In this document: positions 1-12,202 of the stretch, piece by piece
How the letters are laid out: each line of letters begins with the position of its first letter
Position numbering within the stretch: position 1 is the stretch's first letter
NCBI RefSeq assembly: GCF_001194135.2
Contig: NC_068992.1
Coordinates: forward strand, 37,609,768-37,673,767
Direction of reading: 5' to 3'
DNA: 64,000 nt
From: Octopus bimaculoides
Lineage: Eukaryota
Translations under genes and position numbers: made by a program
The notes under the pieces: model-generated
What the model was told of the DNA's origin: nothing
The model's input: the letters and a program-made list of their open reading frames with translations, nothing else
Databases searched by the model: none

Positions 1-62
1 TTCCAATAAAGGTGCTCCAAAATAAAAGTATTCCAGTAAAGGTATTCCAATAAAGGTAATCC
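1..62. repeat. Short tandem repeat, ~14-bp unit TTCCAATAAAGGTA, ~4.5 copies, truncated by the window edge
   Basis: ttccaataaaggtg / ctccaaaataaaagta / ttccagtaaaggta / ttccaataaaggta / atccaggg. Confidence 0.75.
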
Positions 63-477
63 AGGGCCACAGCAGCAGAATTTTCACAAGTTTTTCGGAG
101 GCGAGATACGCCCACAAAAACAACAATTCTCGCAAAGTGAGACACAAAAAGTTTTCACAAGACAAAAAAAATTCTCAGTTCGCCATTATGTTGACTCGAC
201 CACACCTATCAATAACAACGAACGAGAAACACAATTTGCTCACTAAATGAGCAACAACTTAAAGCCGCCGAAAGCAAACGGAACTGCCCCAGAGCTATAC
301 GAAATTTACTGAAAAAAAATTGAAACAATAAATTACACACAGCTTAAAAAACAATTCCACCTACCTCGGTCGACTTCACACATTTTCAATTTTGGACAGC
401 GTTAAACACAGTGTCCACTTTGGTTCAACTGGAAGCAGCTAATGTGCAAGACCGGAAGCTAGCTACCGGAAGTAAGG

Positions 478-540
478 AAGCTACTTACCACACAGCCACT
501 CCTATGCTGGTAGCAGAAACTGAAAGAAGCCCATCATAAC
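478..540 (-). mobile_element. tRNA/CORE-SINE fragments (minus-strand head joined to a plus-strand internal piece)
   Basis: agctacttaccacacagccactcct matches 33955-33980; gaaactgaaagaagccc matches 28806-28822. Confidence 0.6.
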
Positions 541-559
541 TTATGTGGTGTACTTGTCT

Positions 560-900
560 GTAGCTCTTTCCCCACTCTCAGCACTTAACTTGGCTCCTTC
601 CCCTGTTGTTGCCCACTATAGCAGCTATTCCTTCCTCTCTAATACCACCATCTTCACCAGTTCCTACAACCAACCCTTTCACATTGGTGACTCCTTCACC
701 TGTACCTCCAGTAATCTCATCTACTACATCCTCTACTCTCTTTGCCACTCTCCATACATTGGACAAACTGGTTCAATGTTTGCTGAACACCTCCAGGACA
801 TCAGACTCAGTAAAAACAGCCTATTTTACACTATTTCTGCTCGACTGATCATTCCTTGAAGCATTTGTCTATGTTCGGACTGGTGTTGCATAGAGGCCGC
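560..900 (+). mobile_element. Penelope-like element remnant, GIY-YIG endonuclease fragment
   Basis: ORF 545-859 contains SFTCTSSNLIYYILYSLCHSPYIGQTG..FAEHLQDIR, the PLE pattern FTC-x-S-x-N-x-IY..YIGET..RF-x-EH. Confidence 0.8.
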
Positions 901-999
901 CTGAACTCCCATCTTTGTCTAGAGTAGGAATTAGTTTTCCTCTCTACACACTTCAGTCTCTCATAGTCTAAATTCACCACCCCTTTTCATTTAAATACC

Positions 1000-1560
1000 T
1001 ACTTCACACACACTTATAAACACCACTCACCTCTTACATTCCCACTCTTCCCTAAATACTCAGCCCCATCATACACCTACAACACTGTTGAACTCATTAC
1101 CCAACACCACACACACCTACATGTTCAAATAGCATGTACATATACACAGTCGCACACACAAATACACACCTTACTTCCGATACACTACCACCCCCACTTC
1201 CACTACAGTCCCCCATGTCACACATATTCACATTTATTGTAGCAAGTTTACAATAACACACCTACACTTCCCAAGAACCTACTTCTTTTGTCACCTCTAT
1301 TCCACACAATATCTCTATCTAGTATACATACAAAATATCTTCATACACACATGAACAGAAAACAACACACACAAACAGAAAATAGCACACACACACACAC
1401 ACGTGTGCACATACACACATTTACACACACCCACACACTACACACATACAATATAGCTTCATACATACACACATACATAGCCTCAAACATACACATATTA
1501 AAATGGAAAACAGGGACACACACACACACACACTCATGCACATACAATATACTTTTTTAA
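1000..1560. repeat. CA-rich low-complexity / (CA)n region
   Basis: Interrupted (CA)n tracts; the His/Thr ORFs here are artefacts. Confidence 0.85.
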
Positions 1561-1968
1561 TGCTATTTTTATCAGTCAGTTAATGGTCGTGAGGTAATCA
1601 ATTTCTCTGTAGAATGCAATTGTGTAGAGGAGGTACAGCAATTTGGACATTGTGTTTCAGCTACTTGGGCATTCATGTCATTTTTATCTCTCCTGAAGAG
1701 CAATGGCATCTACTGCCACTGACCAACATGGGAGAACTGAGGATTTCAAGGTCTTCTTTCAGCGTTATGTAGATAAGTAATAACACATTGAGGAGACTTT
1801 TATAACAACTCTGTCCATTGTGCTCTCCATGAAGACTGGCTCAGATTTGCATGGATTTACATCAAAGACAAGTTTGGCTAGTACTGGGTTGACTTCAGCC
1901 AAACAATCAACAATAGTAGGCAGCCTAATGATATTGTCATTATTGTTTAAGTATATATATATTTAGAA

Positions 1969-2662
1969 CTAGCTGAGTATCCTGTCGTAGCCAGGTAATT
2001 TTTAAATAGAATGGTTTGGTGGATTTTGGGAATAGTACACCTACATAAGTTGGATTGTCCACATTTTTTTCCCACACACCCTTGCAAATGATGGGGGAAA
2101 ACTATTTATGAAGAAATTTATTTTAAATTTATGAATCCCTCCTCTCTCCCTTTTGGACTGACTCTGTATAATGTTTATCCTTTTTTTATTGTGCTATGCA
2201 CTTAAAAATGATGGGAAAAGCATTGAAGTTTTTAAAAAAATAATTTGGAAATCAGCAGTCACCATTACAATACCCATTTCCTTTATTTTCAAATAGAAAA
2301 TGAAATGTAATTTAAAAACAATAGTGCGTGCACACATACACACACCATAAATCCTAAAATTTTGGCTTTTCCAAAAATTTTTTTTAGTCATCATTTTGAA
2401 CTATGGACTGTCCAAATTTGCAATTTGTTTCTGCTTATAATTTCAAAATAATTTTCAGACGGAAAGGTGTGTGATTTAAAGGAGGTTTAGCTGTTGTTTC
2501 TAGCACATCCCACATCCACCTGGTACCTCCTTTCTCATTTCTTTGTCACTCTGATACGTATTGATGTTTTTTCAATATTTTTCTCCCTGTAAACACATTT
2601 TATGGAATGATGATGCGGTGGTTCATTTAATCTAAATTGTTAATCCCCACATCACATGAACA

Positions 2663-2696
<34 letters not shown>

Positions 2697-2880
2697 ATGT
2701 GTAAGAAAAAACATATTTACTATCAGAAAAGTATGCTATTAAAATGAATCATCTTTTACATATTTTTTTTTTAAATCACCATCACCCTAATGAAATTTCT
2801 TACACACATGTACACATACACATTAACAAACATACACATTCAGCATGAGCTATATACTTTTATAGAGAGTGAGAGAGAGT
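1969..2880 (-). mobile_element. Non-autonomous Helitron-like element with internal (GT)n
   Basis: Minus-strand 3' end CTAG|T at 1969-1972, preceded by an imperfect hairpin (tacctgg..caggata). Candidate 5' end is TCTC..TATAAAAG-like near 2860-2880. (GT)n at ~2665-2702. The 5' boundary is uncertain. Confidence 0.45.
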
Positions 2881-3139
2881 ATGGTAAATATATAGGGGTG
2901 GGGTACTATGAGAAAAGCAAAAAAGGAAAAAGATAGACAGTGAGATCTTTCATGTTGCTGTCACAGAGTTTGAAACTTTAAAATTAAGTGGAAGTTTTCA
3001 AATTTGGTAAATCGATGAACTTTTTCACACTGAATCCAAGTTTGTGATTCATTTATTTGAGAAAAGTTTAAGAAAAGTATCACAGATTTAAAGTTTGATC
3101 ATTTGTACCTGATCGGAAAAAAAGGATTTGTGTGTAATC

Positions 3140-3620
3140 ACCATCATCATTTAACGTCCGTTTTCCATGATGGCATGGGTTGGACGGTTTGACTGGGGTC
3201 TGGGAAGCTGCAGGAGGCTACACCAGGCTCCAGTCTGATCTGGCAGTGTTTCTACAGCTGGATGCCCTTCCTAATGCCAACTACTTCAAGAGTGTAGTGG
3301 GTGCTTTTTTATATGCCACTGGCACAGGGGCCAGAGGTAGATCGCATTGACCACGATCGGATGGTGCTTTTTATGTGCCACTGGCATGGGAGCCAGTCAA
3401 GGTGACACTGGCATTGGCCACGTTCAGATGGCACAGGGACCACAACTACAGTTTTCATTTGATTTTGATTTGATTTGATTTTAATTTTGATGTACTTGAC
3501 TCAATAGGTCTTCTCAAGCACGGCATGTTGCCCTACAATCCAAGGTACATTTTGAGTGGGCTGGTTATGTGACACTGGTGTAGGTTACAGATGTGAACTC
3601 ACTTTATTTGCCAGGTCTAG
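3140..3620 (-). mobile_element. RTE LINE 3' UTR/tail fragment
   Basis: Reverse complement of the RTE tail at 9200-9345 (ggcattaggaagggcatccag..ggacgttaaatgatga). Confidence 0.8.
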
Positions 3621-4224
3621 CTATCAAAAATAAAAGTAAACAGAAGTTTTAAACAAAATGAAAGCAATGCAAGAAGATAATACACACACACACAGTGATA
3701 ACAAGAGTGGTAACTAATAGAGAGATGGACTGATGATGATAGATAGAGAGTGGGTGAGTTGTCAATCTAAAAGTTGAGTTATTTCTCATAGAAAATTATA
3801 ATTTTTTTATTGTTATTTACAGACACCCTTCTCTTTGTGATGCAGATTTTGAAACTTAAATTTGTTTTTCTTGAAGATGCACTGTCTTAGAGCCTCTTTG
3901 GGCTAAACACACATATATAACCATATACACCTACATTTATATATCAGGCCATCCCATAAGCATTGTCCGAAATATCATATATGTAATTTCTATGAAATTT
4001 TACAGTATTCTAAAATGTCTAATGGTATTGATTGATATTCTTATAAATTTGGAAGCCTTTAACTTAATATATTTTCTTTTTACAGTATAACTTGAATGAA
4101 TTTATAACTAATACAGACAGGACAGACGTTTTTGAAATGGCTATTACTCAGTCCTATGGGGAGGGACATATGTCCAACAAGTACTTATCAGTCTGTGGTG
4201 TCTTAGCATTTTTTTTTAGGTGAA

Positions 4225-5115
4225 GCCACGGCAGTGTGGATGATAGAGCATCACGTGTTTGCCTATGACAGTTACATGAGGAATAACAAGTCTATCACAG
4301 CAGTTCGGCATGAGCTTCGACATCACTTCAACATTTCCCGAAATCAGGCTGATTCCACCTGTAACACAATCTTACATTGGGTGAATGCACTTCATACATG
4401 AGGTACACTAATGAATAGGAGACCAGAAAATGTGGAACATGTCAGAAAAGCTTTGATACAAAATTTGAATCACTCTGCTCGGAGGCATTCCACTGAACTT
4501 GGCATCAGTAATCGATCAGTAGGGCGTATTTTGCATGGAGACCTGCATTTCTAACTGTGCAAATTAGTCATTGGACAACAGTTGAAACCATCAGACTATG
4601 CATAATGGCTTAACTTCGCACGTCAGATGGAAGCAATTTTTGAGACAAATGACAACTTCATTTTGTTAACGAGTGATGAAGCTCATTTTCATCTCAGTAG
4701 CATGGGGAATCAACAGAACAGTCATTACTGGGCTCTTGAAAATCCAAGAGAACTGCACAAAAGACCACTGCACAGACCAAAAGTGATGGTCTGGTGTGCT
4801 GTTGGAAAAGCTGCCGTTATTGGTCCTTAGTTTTTTGAAGACAATAATGTGAACTCCATGAATTCTGAGCATTACATTGAAATGATAAACAAATACTTTG
4901 TGCCTGAATTACAACAAATACGTACACCTATTTAACGTGTGTGGTTTCAGCAGGGTGGGGTGACAGCCCATACAGCCAGAGTATCAATGGACATTCTTTG
5001 CCTTCTTTTTGGTAACCACCTCAATTACAGGTTTGCTGGCATTCTTTATCCCCCTCGGTCCCCTGATTTATCCATGTGTGATTATTTCTTGTGGAGAAAC
5101 CCCAAGGCACATGTG
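4225..5115 (+). pseudogene. DD41D (rosa/Visitor-type) transposase remnant
   Basis: TSDEAHFHL, NQQNSHYW, KVMVWC, WFQQ(G<D)G..H, PPRSPDLSMCDY. 41 residues separate the second catalytic position from the third Asp. Stops present. Confidence 0.85.
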
Positions 5116-5117
5116 TA

Positions 5118-6060
5118 AAAAGAGGAACAATGCAGCAGAAGCAACCCAGAACATCCATTCAGTTTATGGGGAAGTGTGCTTGAATAAAAAAAGTTGTAAA
5201 AGATGGTTTGCAAAGTTCAAAAATAGTGATTTCAGCCTGAGAGAGAGGCCACAAACAGGACGCCTATTGAATTTGATGATGTGCTTCTTTTGCCAGAGCT
5301 TAAGAAGGATAATACAGTGTCAGTTGAAGTATTGGCAAGCAAGCTCAGTTCAACCATTCAACTGTTCACTGCCATCTTCAACAGCTTGGAAAGGTGCCCA
5401 AATTCAGAAAATGATTCCCCATGAATTGACAGAGGCCAATCAAAATCACAAGTGGACATCTACTCAGCTCCTCACTCTTGTGAACGTATCTCATCATTTT
5501 TGGACAGATTAGTGACTGGTGATGAAAAATGAATTTTTTTGATGAAAATGTTAAATGACGCAGGCAATGGCTTGTTAAACCACAACTAAAACAGGATCTC
5601 CATGCAAAAAAGGTTCTTTCCATTTGGTGGGGTTGCATTAAAGTCATCCACTTTGAGTTGTTAGCAACTAATGCAACAATTATTGTTCACACCTATTGCC
5701 AACTATTAGAGCATTTGGATGCTGCTTTGAAGAAAAAAAGCCTGCTTTAGCAAATCGTAAGGAAGTAGTGTTTCATTATGATAATGCAAGGCCCCACAAT
5801 ACAAAGATTACATCAGAAAAAAATCAAAAAATTTGACTGGGAAAAAATCCCTCACCTGCCTTATTCCCCAAGCCTCACTGCTTCTTATTGCCATTTGTTT
5901 CAAAGCTTACAGAATCATGTAAATGGATAAGAACTCAAAAGCCCCAAACAAGTCAAAACTGACCTCTCTCCCTTTTTCTCATCAAAATGAGTTTTTCAAC
6001 TACGGAATTAAAAAACTGATGCATAGATGGAAGGAAGTCACTGATAATGACATAAATTAT
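5118..6060 (+). pseudogene. Mariner (DD34D) transposase remnant lacking its first codons
   Basis: NAAEATQNI, RWFAKFK, IPHELT, RLVTGDEK, HYDNARPH and HLPYSP motifs with frameshifts. Confidence 0.9.
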
Positions 6061-6599
6061 ACACAGGATTAAATTTTAATAAAATGTAAAATTAGATCAC
6101 TTTTTTCCTTTACCCAAAATTTAGATATTATTTATGGTATGACCTGATAGTAGACTATAATGAAAGATACGAGATCAAAGAAAGAAGTAAAATGTTGGAG
6201 TGCTACAGCAACAGTTAACTTAACATAACTAGCCCCAGCTTGAGAAAATAAAAAGATTACAAACACAAAATTTCATTTATGAATGATCACTTGTATGAGC
6301 AATGTTAAGGATGAGATTGTTGAAAAAAACTGTGCAATGAAAGTCTTCAGTCTATTGTAAAAATTATCAGGTTGAGTAAAATGTAAGCAACATATTGAAC
6401 CATGAAGAATTTGTATCAGATTTTTGAAGAGTTTTGAATTTTTTTTTACATTTTTTTGCAACTGAATGATAATACAGGCATAGGCTTGCCTAAATGCATC
6501 AATAATTTAACATTGATATTTTTGTTCTGTTGTTACAATCATCTGAAATGGAACTGTCAAAGTGTAATATTCAAGCTATTCAAAAGTACTATTTGAAGT

Positions 6600-7600
6600 A
6601 CTTTTTTTTTATGTACTGCTTGTGATATCAATGAAACGTTCGGTGAAGAAATGGTTTAAACAATTTTGCAGTAGTGATCTGAGCCTTGAAGATTGTGAGC
6701 ATAGTAGATGACCATCTGTCATTGATGACAGTCAATTAAAGACCATGATTGAGAAGGATCCACATAAAACCACTCAAGAACTGACAAAAGAACTTCAAGT
6801 TAACCAGAAAACTGCCTGCAACCATTTGCATGTGATCAGAAAATCAAAAAAGAAAATCAAATGAGTACCACACGATTTAAATGAAAATCAGAAAATGTGC
6901 AGATATGAAATTTGCTCAGTTCTTCTCCATAACCAGACCAATCCATTTCTCAACCATATCGTAACTTGTAATGAACAGCGGATTTTGTATAATAATAAAA
7001 AACGTTCTTTGCGTATAATAATAAAAAACGTTCTTGAACCAAAATGAAGCACCAAAAACCTTTCCTACACCTGAGCTCTTCAAAAAGAAGGTTATGGTGA
7101 CTGCTTGATGGTGTACTGCTGGACTCATCCACTATAACTCATCCACTTAAAACTTGGAACACCATTACAGGAGAAACATATTGCCATGAAATTGCTAAAA
7201 TAAACAAAAACCTGCTACTCCTCCATCCCAGACTGGTCAACAGAAGAGGGCCAATCATTCTTCATGACAATACTTGACCACACATTTCACTAATGAAGCT
7301 GCAGAAGTTGAGGGAACTTGGCTACAAAGTTCTTCCCCACCTGGCTTATTCCCCAGACCTTTCACACTTTTCAAGTACTTCGATGGTTTCCTGCAAGAGT
7401 TCCTGAAAGAGTTCAAAAATCAAACCAGTGCTGAAAGTGTGTTCAAAGAGATCATCAGCTCCAGAACTCCAGATTTTAATGTTACCGGAATAAACAAACT
7501 TGTAACTTGTTGGAAAAAATGTGTTGATTGTAATGGTACTTACTTTGATTAATAACATTTCTGCATTATTGAAATATATTGTGATGAATTTCATAGTTTA
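6600..7600 (+). mobile_element. Mariner (DD34D) transposase remnant with a 26-bp-period internal duplication at 6987-7035
   Basis: KWFKQF, VPHDL, RIVTCNE, LHDNT..H, YSPDL-type motifs. Confidence 0.85.
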
Positions 7601-7759
7601 TTCATGTAATATGATTCCACGACACTCTACCTCTAGCAAATGGTAAAAAAAAATGATAGGAAGATAACAAATGAAGTAGGGAGAAAGTGGGTGGAAAACG
7701 CTTGATGACTAAGAAATATGGAGAGAAAATTGCATCTCATGTTCAATTAGTCTTTTGAT

Positions 7760-8232
7760 CATCAGTGGATATATACTGTTCACCAAAGGTTGGTTGAATG
7801 AAATGTTTATTTGGAGATATGATTCACATGCTTATTCACACATATGGGAAGGTAACAGTATAGGGTAGGTGGTGTGGTCAAACTTCTTGCTGAGAAATAG
7901 GTGGATAAGGTCATAGAGGTAGTTAAAGTGTGATAGAGTACTTAAGCTCAGGATAGTCTTGCAGAATAGTATAGCTACAATTATATCTGCCTATGCCTCA
8001 CAAGCAGGCAAATGATCTACCAAATGATCTTTTGCAAGCTACCTCAAAGACAAGTGACAATGATCTCATCTCCATGGCATGGGAGCCATATATTTGGTTC
8101 CCAAAATGAGGAGCGAACAAGGCTGCTAGAGCTCTGTGATATGAATGACTTAATGATCTGCAACACAAGCTTAAGGAAATCAGCCAGTCACCAGATAACC
8201 TATAAACCACGCTAGACAGATTAACTACATAC
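7760..8232 (+). mobile_element. RTE LINE APE-endonuclease fragment
   Basis: RLLELCDMNDLMICNT..RKSASHQITY; similar to 18061-18650. Confidence 0.75.
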
Positions 8233-8233
8233 T

Positions 8234-8362
8234 CATTTCTTTATTGCCCACAAGGGGCTAAACATAGAGAGGACAGACAAAGGGATTAAGTCGATTATAT
8301 TGACCCCAGTGCGTAACTGGTACTTAATTTATCAACCCCGAAAGGATGAAAGGCAAAGTTCA
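8234..8362 (-). mobile_element. tRNA-derived SINE, 3' part
   Basis: gaccccagtgcgtaactggtacttaatttatcaaccccgaaaggatgaaaggcaaagt. Its far end overlaps the head seen at 27898-28006. Confidence 0.8.
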
Positions 8363-8371
8363 GAGGGTTCC

Positions 8372-9345
8372 TACCCCTGCTGGCAACAAAGGGCCTCTCT
8401 CTCAGAGTGAATGGCAGATTGTTTGATGCCTATGTGCAAACAGCTATGCTGAATGGCAGTGAAACATGGGCTATGACAGCTGAGGAGATGAGTAGGCTTG
8501 AAATAAATGAAGCCAATATGCTTCACTGGATGTGCAATATCAGTGTACATGTTCAACAGAGTATCTCAATCCCTTACCTGGTGGTCAGAGAAAAGTTAGG
8601 CATAAGAGGAATCAGATGTGGTGTGCAAGAAAAACAACTTTCTGGTATGGTCATCTGATGTGCATGGATGAGGACAGCTGTGTAAAGAAATGTTGATCTC
8701 TAACTGTGGTGGAAACCTGTGGTAGAGGTAGACCCAAGAAGACATGGGATGAGGTGGTGAAGCATGATCTTTGAACTTTGAGACTCACAGAGGTGACCGA
8801 GACATTTGGCAATGTGCTGTGCTTGAGAGGACCCATCAAGCCAAGTGCACCTGTGCTGGTGGCATGTAAAGAACATCTTTTGAACGTTGGGCTTCACAGA
8901 GGCAAAGTGGCTGAGTTCCTCTTATGCATTGGGCCTGATGGAAGCAAAGTGGCTGAGTTCCTTTTGAGCATCGGGCCTCATGGAGGCAAAATGGCTGAGT
9001 TCCTTTTGAGGGTTGGGCCCCATGGAGGCAATGACCAAGACCTTTGGCATTATGTCATGCTTGTGAAGAAGACCCATCAAGCCAAATAAAATAGCAGTCA
9101 TGGCAGATACCAGTGTCGTGCAAATTAGCCCCCATACTGGTGGCATGTGGATGCACCCCGGTGTTACACAAAGCACCCAATAAACTCTCAGAGTGGCTGG
9201 CATTAGGAAGGGCATCCAGCCATAGAAAACCATGCCAAATCAGACTGGAGTCTGGTGTAGCCTTCCTTCATGCCAGCCCAGTCAAACCATCCAGCCCATG
9301 CCAGCATGGACAACGGACGTTAAATGATGATAACAATGATGATGA
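8372..9345 (+). mobile_element. RTE LINE 3' end (thumb/C-terminus, 3' UTR, (TGA)n tail)
   Basis: TAMLNGSETW, REKLGIRGIRCGVQE, GRPKKTWDEVV, then an atgatgataacaatgatgat tail. Confidence 0.9.
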
Positions 9346-10740
9346 CACACATGTACATGCACACACACAAATGAAGGATAGACTTACAAATAGATGGATG
9401 GACGAATGGACGGATGGACAGATGGATGAATGGATGGATGAAGGGACCAATCAATCAATGAATAGATATACACATGTGTAGGTATGCATATGGTTTTCTA
9501 TTTGTATGTATATCAACAACTTCAGAAATCTAAATTAATAACTGCTAAGCTCTAACTAAAACTTTGTTAAATTGTAACTTGCTTCCACTTATACTTTTTA
9601 ATTAAAAATTTGACAAGAGCTGTATCATGATTCACTGACACAAATAGCACATTTGATTATATTTCTATTTTTCTCCCCAAGGAATGAATATGATATGTCT
9701 GTTCAAATTCAGGCAACTAGAAAAAATGATAAAAATTCATTCAATATTACAGAAATGCTATTTCAAATATTCATTTAACAGAATATTCTAAATTGTATCA
9801 TGTTTATGATTAGAGCTTTCTTTTATTTCTCTTTTTATCTTTCATTTGTTTGATTCTTTCTTTTTAAAGAAGAAAGAAGAAAAATCTGTTTTCTCAAAGA
9901 TATTCAACAGCTACAACAAAGCTTAGTGATTGTGTGTTACAAAAATATAAAAAAGGATACTAAATATGATAAATACTCCACTTGACAAGTATATAATAGT
10001 GTTGAAAAGAAAAGCAAACAAAGTATCTTTAAACCATACATCTGCAACTGAACTTTCCATATTGTTTGTACTTTGCTTACTTTTAACATTTTATCTGTCT
10101 AGATTAACTAAAATTCCCAACCAAGCCTTCAAATTAATAAGACATTTATTTTCCTCTTCTTATTTAAGTTTTTGTTTTTTATTTCAAGAGCTTTCTCGTG
10201 TGTATTAAGTACATCAGTACAAGTTGTCAATAGCAGACATTTTTAAACTGCATGACAGAAAGAGGTCATCTAATCATTAAAAAAATTTTTTTTTATATTT
10301 TCAAGGATTCAACCTCCAATATTTTCAATTGAAACTTTAATTATTTTAAAAATACGGCTGTGGTCCCACAAAACAGATTTATCAAAGGCTCAAACTAGAA
10401 TTCTTTAACCATGTATTCTTCAAATTTGAGATTTAAGTGAAAGATATAAAAATGGAAATGACTCTGTAACTTCAAAAACAGTTTCAACTAATTATGGATG
10501 AATAGCATAGAACCAAACTCTAGCTATTTTTCATCTTGTAATATATTATTTTTTTCCTGTTTGTTGGCTACATAGGAAAATGTTCATACAAAATATAAAT
10601 TATTGGATATCTATTCAGCTTTGATCAAATTATTACCACTCTATACCTAATATTGAGTACTTCTCATTGTACATATATGTTGGTTTGGCCAAAATGTTTC
10701 TTTGGTTTTTTTCCTTTGTGCATACATACTCCTTAGATAC

Positions 10741-10849
10741 CTGACATCATTCACTTTTATCTCTAGTACATGCATACTTGTTGGATAGCTAACACAGTTC
10801 AATGCAAACTTGTAATAGGACAGGTTGTATTTTATATACTTGATATCAC
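10741..10849 (-). CDS. Candidate internal exon (109 bp, phase 1 to 2), function unknown
   Basis: Strong acceptor gtttgttttggttctcctttttcag| and donor CAG|gtatct. One open frame: (G)DIKYIKYNLSYYKFALNCVSYPTSMHVLEIKVNDV(R). No recognisable homology. Confidence 0.25.
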
Positions 10850-10989
10850 CTGAAAAAGGAGAACCAAAACAAACATTATTGACACATGCTTTTTCTTATT
10901 TTCAATAAAGCAATAAAGCAGTAGGAATCAGCAGGAAGATGTGTCCTGTATATAGAGAGGATGCTGTTATTGAACACATGCTTCAAAAG

Positions 10990-11920
10990 CAGTTTTTAAG
11001 ATTTCAATCAAGAAATTTTTCACTTCAAAATGCACATCACTCTGGCCAGCCAACAGAGACAAAGTGAAGGAGTTAGTCAAGAGACCAAACTCTGTTATAC
11101 GACCAGGATGATTGTAGATATTCTCCAAATGCCCAAATCAAGTGTTGAAAACTATCTGCATCAATTTGATTATGTCAACAGGTTCAATGTTTGTGTACCA
11201 CAGCAACTGAATGAGGAGAATATAGCCAAATGAATGTCCATCCCTGATTCATTGCAGATGTGTGAAGAAAACAATCTCTTTTTTGAAGAGAATGGTGACA
11301 GGATGAAACATGGATTGTCTCTAACAATGTGGAGTGCAAACGATCATGTTTGGGAGGTAAGACAAATCACAGCAAACAACCTCCAAAACAGAACTTTGCC
11401 CAAGGGAGTTTATGTTTTCAATTTGATGGGATTGGAAGGGTGATGTCTTTTATGAGGTTATTTTCATGAACAAGACCATCAATTCGAATGTATACAGTGA
11501 CCAGCTGGACAAATTAAACACAGCAATCCATCTAAGGATATTGCCTTTAGTCACAACAATACCAGACTGCATACCTCTTTGGAGATGTAGTAGACTTTAC
11601 TAGGTCTAGAGGGGGAAGTTTTGTCTCACCCTTCATATTCACCTAACTAAGTGCCTTCACAGTTTCATCTGTTTTGGTATCTTCAAACTATTTTGAATGA
11701 ACTGAGCTTCAACTCTGGATAGGATGTAAAAATTTACCTAGAAGAGTTCTTCACCAGTAAAAACAGGAAAGTTTTTGAGCAGGGGATAATGAATCTGCTC
11801 ACAAGATGGCAGAAGATACTGAAACTAAGTGGCAATTATATCATTGATAAAATAAATTGCTTGAGGTTTAAAACTTCTGTCTTACTTTCTTTTAGAAACA
11901 GCAAATAAACTTTTTGGGTG
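10990..11920 (+). mobile_element. Highly decayed mariner transposase remnant with 3' TIR region
   Basis: VPQQL, TGDE-like, LSHPSYSPN, KFFEQGI..L..RWQK motifs with many stops. Confidence 0.75.
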
Positions 11921-11921
11921 A

Positions 11922-12202
11922 TGTGGGGGTGAGCTGGAAGAAGAGGGCTATGTGGGAAATGTCAAGGGACTGACCGGATGAGGAAGCGTGAGAAGGGAAG
12001 TGCGGGGGGGACAGGGTCATCCACTTTTGGCCACCCGAGGCATCGCAAACGGACGTGAGGGACTTCGCTCTCAGGTTGGTGAGATAGCAGCTGCTTATAC
12101 TGGGTAACAGGGTAGGGCAGAATCGCCGGAGTGACTACTACTAGATGGGTGCAGATGTGAGAAGAAGGTAGGTAAACCTCTTTTCATTTCCCATGCACAA
12201 CA
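11922..12202 (+). repeat. Gypsy 5' LTR (281 bp, TG..CA)
   Basis: Starts TGTGGGGG and ends CACAACA; the last ~94 nt recur at 15060-15154. Confidence 0.75.

Larger units (their letters stand above)
3944..6147 (+). mobile_element. Composite Tc1/mariner-superfamily unit bounded by matching TIRs and TA dinucleotides
   Basis: TA|TCAGGCCATCCCATAA at 3942-3959 and TTATGGTATGACCTGA|TA at 6132-6149 match at 14/16 positions. Two different transposase remnants lie inside. Confidence 0.65.

Noticed and set aside
9680-10330. Several plus-strand polypyrimidine-AG sites
   Set aside because: No consistent donor or frame; such sites are expected by chance in T-rich DNA.
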